Source: an uncultured virus (IMG/VR IMGVR_UViG_3300042868_010712) (Duplodnaviria > Heunggongvirae > Uroviricota > Caudoviricetes). Taken from it: a DNA stretch of 20,000 bases. Location of the stretch: IMG/VR virus record IMGVR_UViG_3300042868_010712, positions 58,557-78,556 of that record. One strand, given 5' to 3'. Shown piece by piece: positions 1-8,108 of the stretch. The position numbers and the translations under genes were made by a program. The notes under the pieces were generated by a model. The model was not told the origin of the DNA and did no database searches. It saw nothing but the letters and a program-made list of their open reading frames with translations. Each line of letters begins with the position of its first letter. The stretch's first letter is position 1.

Positions 1-2
1 AG

Positions 3-224
3 TGTCATCCTGATGGTCTCTCTGAAGAAGAGGCATTCAACATTGCCTACGAATCATGGGGACCAATAATTAGGCCATTGTTTCACTATAGTGAATCAGC
101 TCCAGATCAAAACAACCCTCGTAAACACGCAGACTATGCTACAAGGTTGCCAGATACGTATGGTAAGTCTATAGACCTAGACTTCGAGTTTAAGCTGAAA
201 GAAAAGTCATTTGAGAATCTATGA
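3..224 (+). CDS. uvsE: UV DNA damage endonuclease (UvsE/UvdE family), C-terminal fragment, truncated by the window edge
   Basis: Not in the ORF track. Manual frame +3 translation gives CHPDGLSEEEAFNIAYESWGPIIRPLFHYSESAPDQNNPRKHADYATRLPDTYGKSIDLDFEFKLKEKSFENL*. The P-x-x-HYSES, HADY and D-x-x-x-E-x-K-x-KE motifs match the UvsE C-terminus. The stop overlaps the next start (ATGA 221-224). Confidence 0.8.
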   Translation, partial: CHPDGLSEEEAFNIAYESWGPIIRPLFHYSESAPDQNNPRKHADYATRLPDTYGKSIDLDFEFKLKEKSFENL

Positions 225-403
225 AAATATCAGAACTAATTGAAGAGTTAGAAGTTCTTAAAGTTGAACATGGAGACCTTATTGTAATTGCAGTAGATGA
301 AGAAGGCAAATACGAAATCGGTAATACTCATGTAAGTGATTATGAGGTATACAACGGTAAAGGAGCATACGATACGCAACTAGCCATAAGACTTTGTCCA
401 TAA
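221..403 (+). CDS. Small acidic hypothetical phage protein (60 aa)
   Basis: ATGA overlap with the uvsE stop. The N-terminus MKISELIEELEVLKVEHGDL resembles common small phage proteins. Confidence 0.7.
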   Translation: MKISELIEELEVLKVEHGDLIVIAVDEEGKYEIGNTHVSDYEVYNGKGAYDTQLAIRLCP

Positions 404-414
404 AGTTTATTAAT

Positions 415-729
415 ATGAAAATTCTAGATACAGAAGAACAGTATAAGCCTAGAACAGATTTTGCCGCTATGGCGACATACGATATAACTCTAGGTGAGCG
501 AGTATTGACTAAGCTAGAGCTATTCTCAAAAGATAAAAACATTCAACTAGACAAAAAAGAGTGTAAAGCCTTACTAGAGGCTCTAAATGTTGAAGGTTGG
601 CTGCTACGCAAGTACCTAAACCGAGAGGAATATCAACCGTACAGCGTAATGTCAGGGTCGCTAGATGGCAGCTCGTCCAAAGGTGAGTTGTCTATATTCG
701 ATAGCGACGCAATAGTAGAAGTAAAATAA
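415..729 (+). CDS. Hypothetical protein (about 104 aa)
   Basis: The ORF track starts at TTG 394. ATG 415, preceded by AT-rich sequence and clear of the upstream gene, is the more likely start. The ORF fills the gap in the + strand gene array. Confidence 0.65.
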   Translation: MKILDTEEQYKPRTDFAAMATYDITLGERVLTKLELFSKDKNIQLDKKECKALLEALNVEGWLLRKYLNREEYQPYSVMSGSLDGSSSKGELSIFDSDAIVEVK

Positions 730-733
730 AACT

Positions 734-964
734 ATGAAACTATACAGACTAGAAGTAAGCGCAACAGTATTAGTGCTGGCTAATTCTGCGGCAGATGCAG
801 AGAAACAGGCAATCAATGGAGTATCAGATAAGAATGTAAACGCGCATGCATATGCGTATGAGATTAAAGCGTTAGAGGACTTGCCATACAACATGGACAG
901 ATATTCTACACCTTTAAACTCAGACAAGACGGTAAAGGATATATTGCAGCTAGCCATGAAGTAA
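734..964 (+). CDS. Hypothetical protein (76 aa)
   Basis: Starts 4 nt after the previous stop, has an A-rich leader (AAAATAAAACT-ATG) and ends 1 nt before the next start. Confidence 0.7.
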   Translation: MKLYRLEVSATVLVLANSAADAEKQAINGVSDKNVNAHAYAYEIKALEDLPYNMDRYSTPLNSDKTVKDILQLAMK

Positions 965-965
965 T

Positions 966-3023
966 ATGGAACTTCAAAAACTAATACTCAAAAACTTCAG
1001 GAGTCATAAAAATTTGACGCTTGATTTTAACGCAGGTGTAACCGGTATTGTTGGCGGCAACGGCACCGGCAAGTCGAGTATTGTAGAAGCTATAATCTTC
1101 CTCCTTACGGGGGAGGGTTATGGTAAGACTAAGGCAGATATGCTTACTGTAGGACAGGTCTCTGGTCATGTGGTTGGGCATATGCTGATAGACGGCAAGG
1201 AAGCCATCCTGGAGCGGCACACGGATACCGCAAAGGTAAACCTTAAATACGATGGCAAGGTTTACAAGAAGAGCAGTGAAGTAAACGAGCTGTGGGACCA
1301 GCTGTTCCAGATCGACAAGCATCTAGTACAGAATGTAATTGTCTCAAATCAGGGTGAGATAGCGTTACTGTTCAACGGAGACAATAGTACTAAAGAGAAG
1401 CTCTTTCAGAAGATCTTCATGGTACCTAATACAACCAAGCTCAGAGATACAGTCTGGAATGGTTATATAAAGACTGCTCCTCCAGAGTATCCTGTAAAGA
1501 ACTTGGATGAGCTTAAAAACGATCAGCAGCTCTTAGAGCAGATTATTCTGATGACCTCAGAGCAGCTGGCTACGCTGGATGCTCCTAAGCTACAGATTGA
1601 TTACAACAGGCTTACCTCTCGTAAGACTGAACTAGAGAAAGTCATCAGCGACGAGCGGGTATCGTCAGGGCTTAGCGACAAGCTTACTAGTCTTCTAGGT
1701 GAGCTAGCGGATATCTCAAGCAAGGTAGTACGTATAGAAAATAACCTAAGTAACATCAACTATGATGAAATAATAGGGGCTATTGCTGAGATGGACGCAG
1801 TAGAGCGCCAGGTAGCCCAGAAGACCAGACTGAGTGCAGAATTAGCGCAGCTTAAGCGGCCTGCAGTTAATGTTACAAAAGATGAACTTGATAATCTATC
1901 TGCAGACATTGCCCAACAGGAAGGCAAACTTAAGGAGAAAAGAGATACGCTTGCAGGATTAAACGACAAGCTAAAATCCTACGAGCAGAAGGGTCTGTCT
2001 TCTGAGACTACCACATGTCCCACATGCGGCTCAGAGCTGAAGGATACTGCTCAGGTTATAGCACACATTCAGGCAGAAGTTGATATGGTTATTTTTGAGG
2101 GAATTAAACTCAAAGATAAACTGACAGCACTGCAGAAGGATAAAGAAATTAAGCAAGAAGAGTACAAACTGGTTGAGGAATATCAAAAAGCTAGAGATAC
2201 ACTTAATCTTAAGCTAGATGCTATAGGCGAGCTTGATTATAATCCAGAAGATCATGGTTTATATAAAATAATAGCAGAGAAATACAAGAACGATAAGTCC
2301 ACGGTATCAGCGCTAAAGATCACAGAGAGTCAAAAACTACAGGATGTTAACAGCGTAAGGTTGGCTATTGCCGCCCAGCGTGTATATGATGGAGCACATC
2401 CTGTAGGAGCAGAGGCTGAGCTTAGTGAGGTTGACACAAACCTGGCATCTGTATCCCGAGGTATACAAGCAGCCAAACAGCTAGAGATAGACCTGGCTGT
2501 AAAGACACAAGAGCTTAAAACTCGCCTAGAAGATATTAGGGAAAATCAGGAGTATATTGAAAAGAATAAAAAGCGTGAAGAGTATACAAGTACCCTAGAC
2601 GCTATTTATGACATTTTCCATCCTTCCAAATTTCCAAGAGCCTTGATCCAAACCTACAGTTCTACTGTAACTGAGTATATGAATGAGGTATTGGCTTCAT
2701 TTGATTTCCCATACACAGCCAAAGTAAACGAAACTTTCGGAATTGATATATTCAATGAAGAAGGTTTACAGCTGCCTGCTGTATCAGGCGGTCAGCAGGT
2801 TATGGTCGGCTTTAGCTTACGTCTAGCGCTACATAACATGTTCGTAGGAGCATTCCCGTTCATGATTGTGGACGAGGGCAGCTATGGACTGAACGCAGAA
2901 AACAGCAAGAAATACTTCGAGATTATTCGAAGCCTGAACAAAACAAGCAAGTTCAAACAGGTGATCGTCATCGACCATCACCCTGAGTTGAGCGATTACG
3001 TAGACAACACTATTAACTTATGA
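966..3023 (+). CDS. Rad50/SbcC-family (T4 gp46-like) SMC-type ATPase, recombination nuclease subunit
   Basis: N-terminal LKNFRSH, Walker A GGNGTGKS, Q-loop SNQGEI, long coiled coil with central zinc hook CPTCG, signature VSGGQ, Walker B MIVDEG and H-loop VIDHH. Confidence 0.93.
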   Translation: MELQKLILKNFRSHKNLTLDFNAGVTGIVGGNGTGKSSIVEAIIFLLTGEGYGKTKADMLTVGQVSGHVVGHMLIDGKEAILERHTDTAKVNLKYDGKVYKKSSEVNELWDQLFQIDKHLVQNVIVSNQGEIALLFNGDNSTKEKLFQKIFMVPNTTKLRDTVWNGYIKTAPPEYPVKNLDELKNDQQLLEQIILMTSEQLATLDAPKLQIDYNRLTSRKTELEKVISDERVSSGLSDKLTSLLGELADISSKVVRIENNLSNINYDEIIGAIAEMDAVERQVAQKTRLSAELAQLKRPAVNVTKDELDNLSADIAQQEGKLKEKRDTLAGLNDKLKSYEQKGLSSETTTCPTCGSELKDTAQVIAHIQAEVDMVIFEGIKLKDKLTALQKDKEIKQEEYKLVEEYQKARDTLNLKLDAIGELDYNPEDHGLYKIIAEKYKNDKSTVSALKITESQKLQDVNSVRLAIAAQRVYDGAHPVGAEAELSEVDTNLASVSRGIQAAKQLEIDLAVKTQELKTRLEDIRENQEYIEKNKKREEYTSTLDAIYDIFHPSKFPRALIQTYSSTVTEYMNEVLASFDFPYTAKVNETFGIDIFNEEGLQLPAVSGGQQVMVGFSLRLALHNMFVGAFPFMIVDEGSYGLNAENSKKYFEIIRSLNKTSKFKQVIVIDHHPELSDYVDNTINL

Positions 3024-3118
3024 GTACGAGAACACAAACAAGAACAAGAAGCGTCACCAGAGGAAACGTAACGATTCGTAAAACAGTAACAATCAGTAGA
3101 ACAGTAAAGCGTAAATAA
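3020..3118 (+). CDS. 32-aa Arg/Thr-rich basic microprotein
   Basis: Not in the ORF track. Translates to MSTRTQTRTRSVTRGNVTIRKTVTISRTVKRK*. The start overlaps the SbcC stop (ATGA 3020-3023) and the stop overlaps the next start (TAATG 3116-3120), so it fills the gap exactly. Confidence 0.7.
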   Translation: MSTRTQTRTRSVTRGNVTIRKTVTISRTVKRK

Positions 3119-3339
3119 TGAGTGATACTAAAAGACCCTGGACAATAACTATGGATAAAACCAGAATGACTGCGCCACCGCCGCTAGGTCCTGGTTTCTC
3201 TATAGATGAGGCTGAAATTGCAGACTCGATGAGTATAACGTTTTCAGCCTTTAATGATCTTGGTGACGATTACACTATCTTCAATTTACACGCTAAAGAT
3301 GGCTCAGTTGTAGCAACAAGAAAAATTAACGGATATTAA
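3118..3339 (+). CDS. Hypothetical protein (73 aa)
   Basis: ORF track; TAATG coupling to the upstream microprotein. Confidence 0.7.
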   Translation: MSDTKRPWTITMDKTRMTAPPPLGPGFSIDEAEIADSMSITFSAFNDLGDDYTIFNLHAKDGSVVATRKINGY

Positions 3340-3341
3340 GC

Positions 3342-3497
3342 ATGAAACATATAACTGACGAGATTGACAAAGCAATAGCTGAATTGCTAGTCTCTACCAA
3401 AAATAACGCAAAGCAGATAGCGAAAAAGACGCTGCTTAAAGTACTAGCGGATTCTCCGCCAAAAAGCAGTAAAAAGAAAAAGCACAAGCTTATCTAG
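3342..3497 (+). CDS. Hypothetical 51-aa Lys-rich protein
   Basis: Not in the ORF track. Translates to MKHITDEIDKAIAELLVSTKNNAKQIAKKTLLKVLADSPPKSSKKKKHKLI*. It fills the gap between 3339 and 3502 and ends in tandem TAG TAG. Confidence 0.6.
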   Translation: MKHITDEIDKAIAELLVSTKNNAKQIAKKTLLKVLADSPPKSSKKKKHKLI

Positions 3498-3501
3498 TAG
3501 C

Positions 3502-4959
3502 ATGAACATAAAGATCGTTCGATTTGATGGCGGGCTAAAAATAAACCCATGTCCTGCATACGTTTCAAAGTTTCTCAAGTATCATCATAGAGAAATGAAG
3601 AGTATTGGGTACCAGCGGCAATGCGTGTTTGTTGAAAAATTACTATACGCTACAGATCAGGACGGCTCTATATATACGCTACCAGGTTTTTATCACAGCC
3701 TGGTAGCGTTAATAGGTAAGCAGATGGATACTGTGGAGACGGAAGATCTCAGGACACCCATGCCTGACCCTGATTGGGCTAGCGTTAAAAAGATAAAGCT
3801 TAGAGACTACCAAAAAGAACCCACCTTAGATCTGATATTCAAAGGAATGGAAGACAGTGGGGTAATTAATGCTACTGGGGGGTTTGGGAAGACACACATC
3901 CAAGCTATCACTTACGCAGCGTGGAATGGTCTGAATACAATTCTAGCCATACCTCTAAAGCAGGTGGTCCTGCAGACGTATGAAAAGTTTAAGCAATTTT
4001 TCCCTGATAAACATATAGGTATAGTTGGCGACGGTAAACATGATATAAGTAATGATATTACTATAACTACGTTTAGGTCTTTACCCAGCTGCGCACTAGA
4101 GAAATGTCAATTGCTTCTAGTTGATGAAATGCAGTCTGCAGGTCAAGAGACTTTTCAAAACGCACTAAAACAAATGAAGCCTTACAGGGTGTTCGGCTTT
4201 TCAGCTACCACGGAAGGTATATTCAACAACACAGACAAGCTGTTAAAGGGCCTGTTTGGTGATGACCTGATATACTTCCCATACGAGGACGCTGAGGAGG
4301 CCGGCGCGGTTGTACCTGGTATGGTGTACATGGTCAACATGCCTGAAGACTTATTTATTGAAAATTATAATAATTTTGAAAGCAAGTTAAAGTACGGAAT
4401 TAAAAGGTGTGATAAGCGCAACGAGATCATAGGACGAGTATGCTCCTTGATTCCAAAAGAGTGGCAGACTATTGTATTTATTGACCATGTTAAAGATCAT
4501 CTGATTCCTATGTACAAGTATATGCCTAAAGAGACAAAATACCTGCATAGGGAGACCAGCAAGAAAAACGTAGGCGCATTTGCACTGACGCCGAAGCAGC
4601 AAAATAAAACAATCGAAGAATTCAGTAATAACGAGTTTCAAACATTGATAGCTAGCGATGCGTTTAGAGCAGGTGTAGATATTCCTAACTGTCGTGTAGT
4701 CATTCAGGCTAGCGGCGGAAGCAGTAAAGTAGAAGTATTGCAGGAAGCTTACAGGGGAAGCCGAATACTTACGAAAGAACAGCGTGATAAATTTGGTCTT
4801 TCAGAAAAAACGCATTTTGTGCTTGTAGATTTTATGGACAACCATGATCCTACACTAGAGGCAATGGCGAAAAAGCGGAAAAAGTATTATGAAGAGCAAG
4901 GATGGACAATCACTACAGTTGATCGCCCCGAAGACATAACATGGAATAGACAAAAATAA
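3502..4959 (+). CDS. Superfamily 2 DNA helicase (UvsW/XPB/ResIII-like)
   Basis: Q motif LRDYQ, Walker A ATGGFGKT, motif II LLLVDEMQ, motif III FSAT, motif V RAGVDIP and motif VI QEAYRGSR. Confidence 0.9.
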   Translation: MNIKIVRFDGGLKINPCPAYVSKFLKYHHREMKSIGYQRQCVFVEKLLYATDQDGSIYTLPGFYHSLVALIGKQMDTVETEDLRTPMPDPDWASVKKIKLRDYQKEPTLDLIFKGMEDSGVINATGGFGKTHIQAITYAAWNGLNTILAIPLKQVVLQTYEKFKQFFPDKHIGIVGDGKHDISNDITITTFRSLPSCALEKCQLLLVDEMQSAGQETFQNALKQMKPYRVFGFSATTEGIFNNTDKLLKGLFGDDLIYFPYEDAEEAGAVVPGMVYMVNMPEDLFIENYNNFESKLKYGIKRCDKRNEIIGRVCSLIPKEWQTIVFIDHVKDHLIPMYKYMPKETKYLHRETSKKNVGAFALTPKQQNKTIEEFSNNEFQTLIASDAFRAGVDIPNCRVVIQASGGSSKVEVLQEAYRGSRILTKEQRDKFGLSEKTHFVLVDFMDNHDPTLEAMAKKRKKYYEEQGWTITTVDRPEDITWNRQK

Positions 4960-4980
4960 CGTATGAATGGAGTATGAGAT

Positions 4981-5253
4981 ATGACATACGAAGAAAAAAA
5001 TAAACTACAGCGTGAAAAAGACATAGAGCGCGTAAAGGAAGCGCTTATTGTACTGCAGGCTTATTGGCTAGAAAGACCATATCTTAGGCTAGGTCAGCTA
5101 GTTATGAACGCCTTTCATGTTCTGCCGGAATACACTAAAAATCCTGAACCTGAAACTGCTGATGTGTTCTATTTACCGGACAATAGGCTGCTGGAAGGTT
5201 TATCCAAACTAGTAGAACAAGAACGTGAATCAAAGAGTAAAAGAACTACTTAA
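4981..5253 (+). CDS. Hypothetical phage protein with W-x3-P-x-LRLGQL motif (possibly YihD/DUF1040-like)
   Basis: IERVKEALIVLQAYWLERPYLRLGQLV...DVFYLPDNRLLEGL resembles a widespread small phage family. The family assignment is from memory. Confidence 0.6.
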   Translation: MTYEEKNKLQREKDIERVKEALIVLQAYWLERPYLRLGQLVMNAFHVLPEYTKNPEPETADVFYLPDNRLLEGLSKLVEQERESKSKRTT

Positions 5254-6157
5254 GCTAAAGTTCGGAAAAGTAAAAAGCGTGTCGGGAGGCAGTTATAGAA
5301 TTGCTTGCCCGACATGCGATCCGAAGAACAGCAAGAAGATGAAGAGGTACATCAACCCTGGATGGACCCAGAGTAGGTGTTTTATCTGTGAAGAGGCTAT
5401 CCCTATACAAGAACTCCTTGGTGAAAATATAGTACTAGAAAGGGCTACGGAAAACGAAGAAGAGACCGAGTATAAGTATGCCAAGATATTGCCGTACGAA
5501 AGTGCTGTAAAGCTCAGTGACATGAGTAAGGCTTCGCCCGTAATAGATTTCTTGACTAAAGACTATCTATTTAACTTTGCGTACTACGACAGTCTAGGTA
5601 TCAGATACATTCCAGCCGGCTGCGGTAAAAATATCAGTTTCGATAGCGGGTTTACAGTTAACACTAGCGAAAGCTTGTTCTTTCCTGTATTCGCTAAAGA
5701 TAACTCGTATGCAGGCTGGCAGTTAAGATTTATACCTGGTACATGGAATGGAGACAGATTCCAATTCATGCGATACATGCACCTGTTTCCGAAGGGTAAC
5801 TATTTATTCAACTATGCTGTTGCTAAGCAGTATAAAGATGTAGTAGTTGTGGAGGGAGTAAAAAAAGCATTGAAACTTGGTAACGCTGTAGCTACTTTGG
5901 GTAAAGGTATATCGATAGCTCAAAAGCAGCTAATCCAAGAGTGGAAAACAATAACGCTAATACTAGACGGAGAAGATAATACGCAGGAGCTTGCTAGAGA
6001 AATTCAATCAGAGTTTATCAGCAACGGTAGAAAATGCGTGAATATTGATCTTAGAGCCTATGGCTTTGAATCACCTGACGACGCAACATCCGAGCAGCTT
6101 CAGTATATTATTCAGAAAGAACATGAACGACAAAGACCCAGATCCTCAGTTGGTTAA
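5225..6157 (+). CDS. DNA primase (zinc-binding domain plus TOPRIM)
   Basis: GTG start. Zn ligands CPTC and CFIC, FFPVF...GWQLRF core, YLFNY, TOPRIM VVVVEGVKKA, ATLGK and LILDGED. Lies near the SF4 helicase and polymerase. Confidence 0.85.
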   Translation: MNQRVKELLKLKFGKVKSVSGGSYRIACPTCDPKNSKKMKRYINPGWTQSRCFICEEAIPIQELLGENIVLERATENEEETEYKYAKILPYESAVKLSDMSKASPVIDFLTKDYLFNFAYYDSLGIRYIPAGCGKNISFDSGFTVNTSESLFFPVFAKDNSYAGWQLRFIPGTWNGDRFQFMRYMHLFPKGNYLFNYAVAKQYKDVVVVEGVKKALKLGNAVATLGKGISIAQKQLIQEWKTITLILDGEDNTQELAREIQSEFISNGRKCVNIDLRAYGFESPDDATSEQLQYIIQKEHERQRPRSSVG

Positions 6158-6686
6158 TGATCTTATTTTCTACTATGAAGAAAAAAAGAGAATAAGTACA
6201 AAACACTTCAAGTACATCCCAAGCGACAAGTACGACAAATACTTCAAGGAAGCTGCGGTGTTGTGTGAGCAGCTCAGCCTGCATCCCGCTCAATTCGTAC
6301 AGCATATGTATGACAGAATGCATGATAAGAAAAACTTCTTTTCTCCTATGCATTTACGGGGGCAGGGAGTTATACAGTACGTACAAGGATTAGCCGACAC
6401 TTCTACCACCTACGAGGTGAGTATCACCAACGCCACATTAAGCTATGCTGATGTATGGGCGCAGCAATTGAACCTTGCTATGAGGTTTATTCGTAGAGGA
6501 GAACCGGTAGAGGATGTGCTACTGGACTCTGGCCTAAAATTCTTTGCATGGTTTAGAATTCTAGCCACCCCGGATAGAAGCGCAGCAATTATTGATAAGT
6601 ACAAAAAAATAGCTAAGAAAGAGTTAACACCTGAGTTAACAAAATTCATAAAAGAGGAAAAACTAGATATAGACAGACTATTATGA
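6123..6686 (+). CDS. Hypothetical protein (about 187 aa) between primase and replicative helicase
   Basis: The ORF track starts at 6045. ATG 6123 (MNDKDPD) gives a shorter overlap with the primase. ATGA coupling to the helicase at 6683-6686. Confidence 0.7.
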   Translation: MNDKDPDPQLVNDLIFYYEEKKRISTKHFKYIPSDKYDKYFKEAAVLCEQLSLHPAQFVQHMYDRMHDKKNFFSPMHLRGQGVIQYVQGLADTSTTYEVSITNATLSYADVWAQQLNLAMRFIRRGEPVEDVLLDSGLKFFAWFRILATPDRSAAIIDKYKKIAKKELTPELTKFIKEEKLDIDRLL

Positions 6687-8098
6687 GCGATATTTACAAC
6701 GACGCAGATTACATAGAGCTAACAATCAAAAGCCTATTCAGAGACAGGCAGGTTTTACAGAAAGCCCTAGACCTAAAAGTCACACCTTCAGACTTTGGAA
6801 CGCTGAATATCTATAATGCTTTTGCTGACACTGCGCTAAGCATAGGCGCTTCTGGTCCTGGTCCGATAGGTCAGCAGTTATGCTTGTCCTATCTAAAAAC
6901 AAAGCTCAAACAGTATAATATTCTTAACACGGATATGGATACAGTTATGGACTTCTGTGAGTTTGTGTACAACGAAGAAGTTCTAAATAGTGAGTATATT
7001 CTTAAGAACTTCGCAGACTTCATAAAGTTTAGAAGATACCAGACACTTAAGGCGGACAAGAGCGCTACGCCCGAGCTGCTCGTGCAAGAGGCTACCAAGT
7101 TGGTTTCTGACATTAATTTGCAGGACAGCGCAGGTGTAGTTAGAGCGTTTGACCCGTTTGAGAATCTTGTTCTGGTAGAGCATAAAGAAAGTTTAATGAC
7201 AGGATTTCCTGCAGTAGATGCTGCAGCCAGAGGACTCAATTACCAGGAATTTGGGTTAATTCTAGGACATAGCGGCTCTGGCAAAACGGCGATGGCTGTG
7301 TACTCAGCTATACAAAATGCTAAAGACAATAGAAAAGTATTATACTTATCTCTGGAAGAGCCTGCTGAAAATATTTGCTGTCGCTTGTATAGTAACATTT
7401 TCAGGATACCTTATACAGACCTACACAAAGGGTCTGTGCTTATGCAGCATGATCTGCGTGAGTCTTTTCAAAATATGTGCGAAAGAGACAAGGTTGCTCT
7501 TAAGAATCTAAAAATACACGATTTGAGAGATGTCACGCCTATCACCTGTGGGTATATCCAGAACTATTTGGATAAGCTATATGCAGATACAGGATATCAT
7601 CCTGATCTAGTATACATAGACCAGCTAGACTATCTGACTACATCTGAAAAATATGATGCCGAATGGCAGAAATATGGTAAGGTGTCGTTTGAGGTGGATG
7701 ACTTATCTAATCATCTTATAGGTGGAAAACATATGTTCAGCGTATGGTTACTTCACCAGGCTAGCGGCAAGATGACAAAGAGATTCAGTAATGCGGAGAT
7801 TTCAGGGTTTAAAGGCGTGATCAAGCCTACCGATATGGCGCTGGCTATAGGTAGAGATTCTTCCCAGGATCAGACCGTGAGTATTTTTTCATTAAAGTCT
7901 AGACATGCTAAGAATTTTCAGTTTGATTATCTGGCTGAGCTTGAATTCATGAACTTTGAGCAGCTAGATAAAGCCGCACAAGACAGAGCTGAAGAAGAGA
8001 AGAAGGATAAGAAAAAACTGAATAAAGGTAACTTCGAAAACATTCCCAGGAAAGCCGCACTACTGCCTCCAGCTGGAACAGGATTCATGGCTTCATAA
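6683..8098 (+). CDS. Replicative SF4 DNA helicase (DnaB/T4 gp41-like)
   Basis: LMTGFPAVD, Walker A GHSGSGKT, H1a YLSLEE, H2 VYIDQLD, H3 LLHQ and KSRH arginine-finger region. Confidence 0.92.
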   Translation: MSDIYNDADYIELTIKSLFRDRQVLQKALDLKVTPSDFGTLNIYNAFADTALSIGASGPGPIGQQLCLSYLKTKLKQYNILNTDMDTVMDFCEFVYNEEVLNSEYILKNFADFIKFRRYQTLKADKSATPELLVQEATKLVSDINLQDSAGVVRAFDPFENLVLVEHKESLMTGFPAVDAAARGLNYQEFGLILGHSGSGKTAMAVYSAIQNAKDNRKVLYLSLEEPAENICCRLYSNIFRIPYTDLHKGSVLMQHDLRESFQNMCERDKVALKNLKIHDLRDVTPITCGYIQNYLDKLYADTGYHPDLVYIDQLDYLTTSEKYDAEWQKYGKVSFEVDDLSNHLIGGKHMFSVWLLHQASGKMTKRFSNAEISGFKGVIKPTDMALAIGRDSSQDQTVSIFSLKSRHAKNFQFDYLAELEFMNFEQLDKAAQDRAEEEKKDKKKLNKGNFENIPRKAALLPPAGTGFMAS

Positions 8099-8108
8099 CA
8101 ATATAAAA

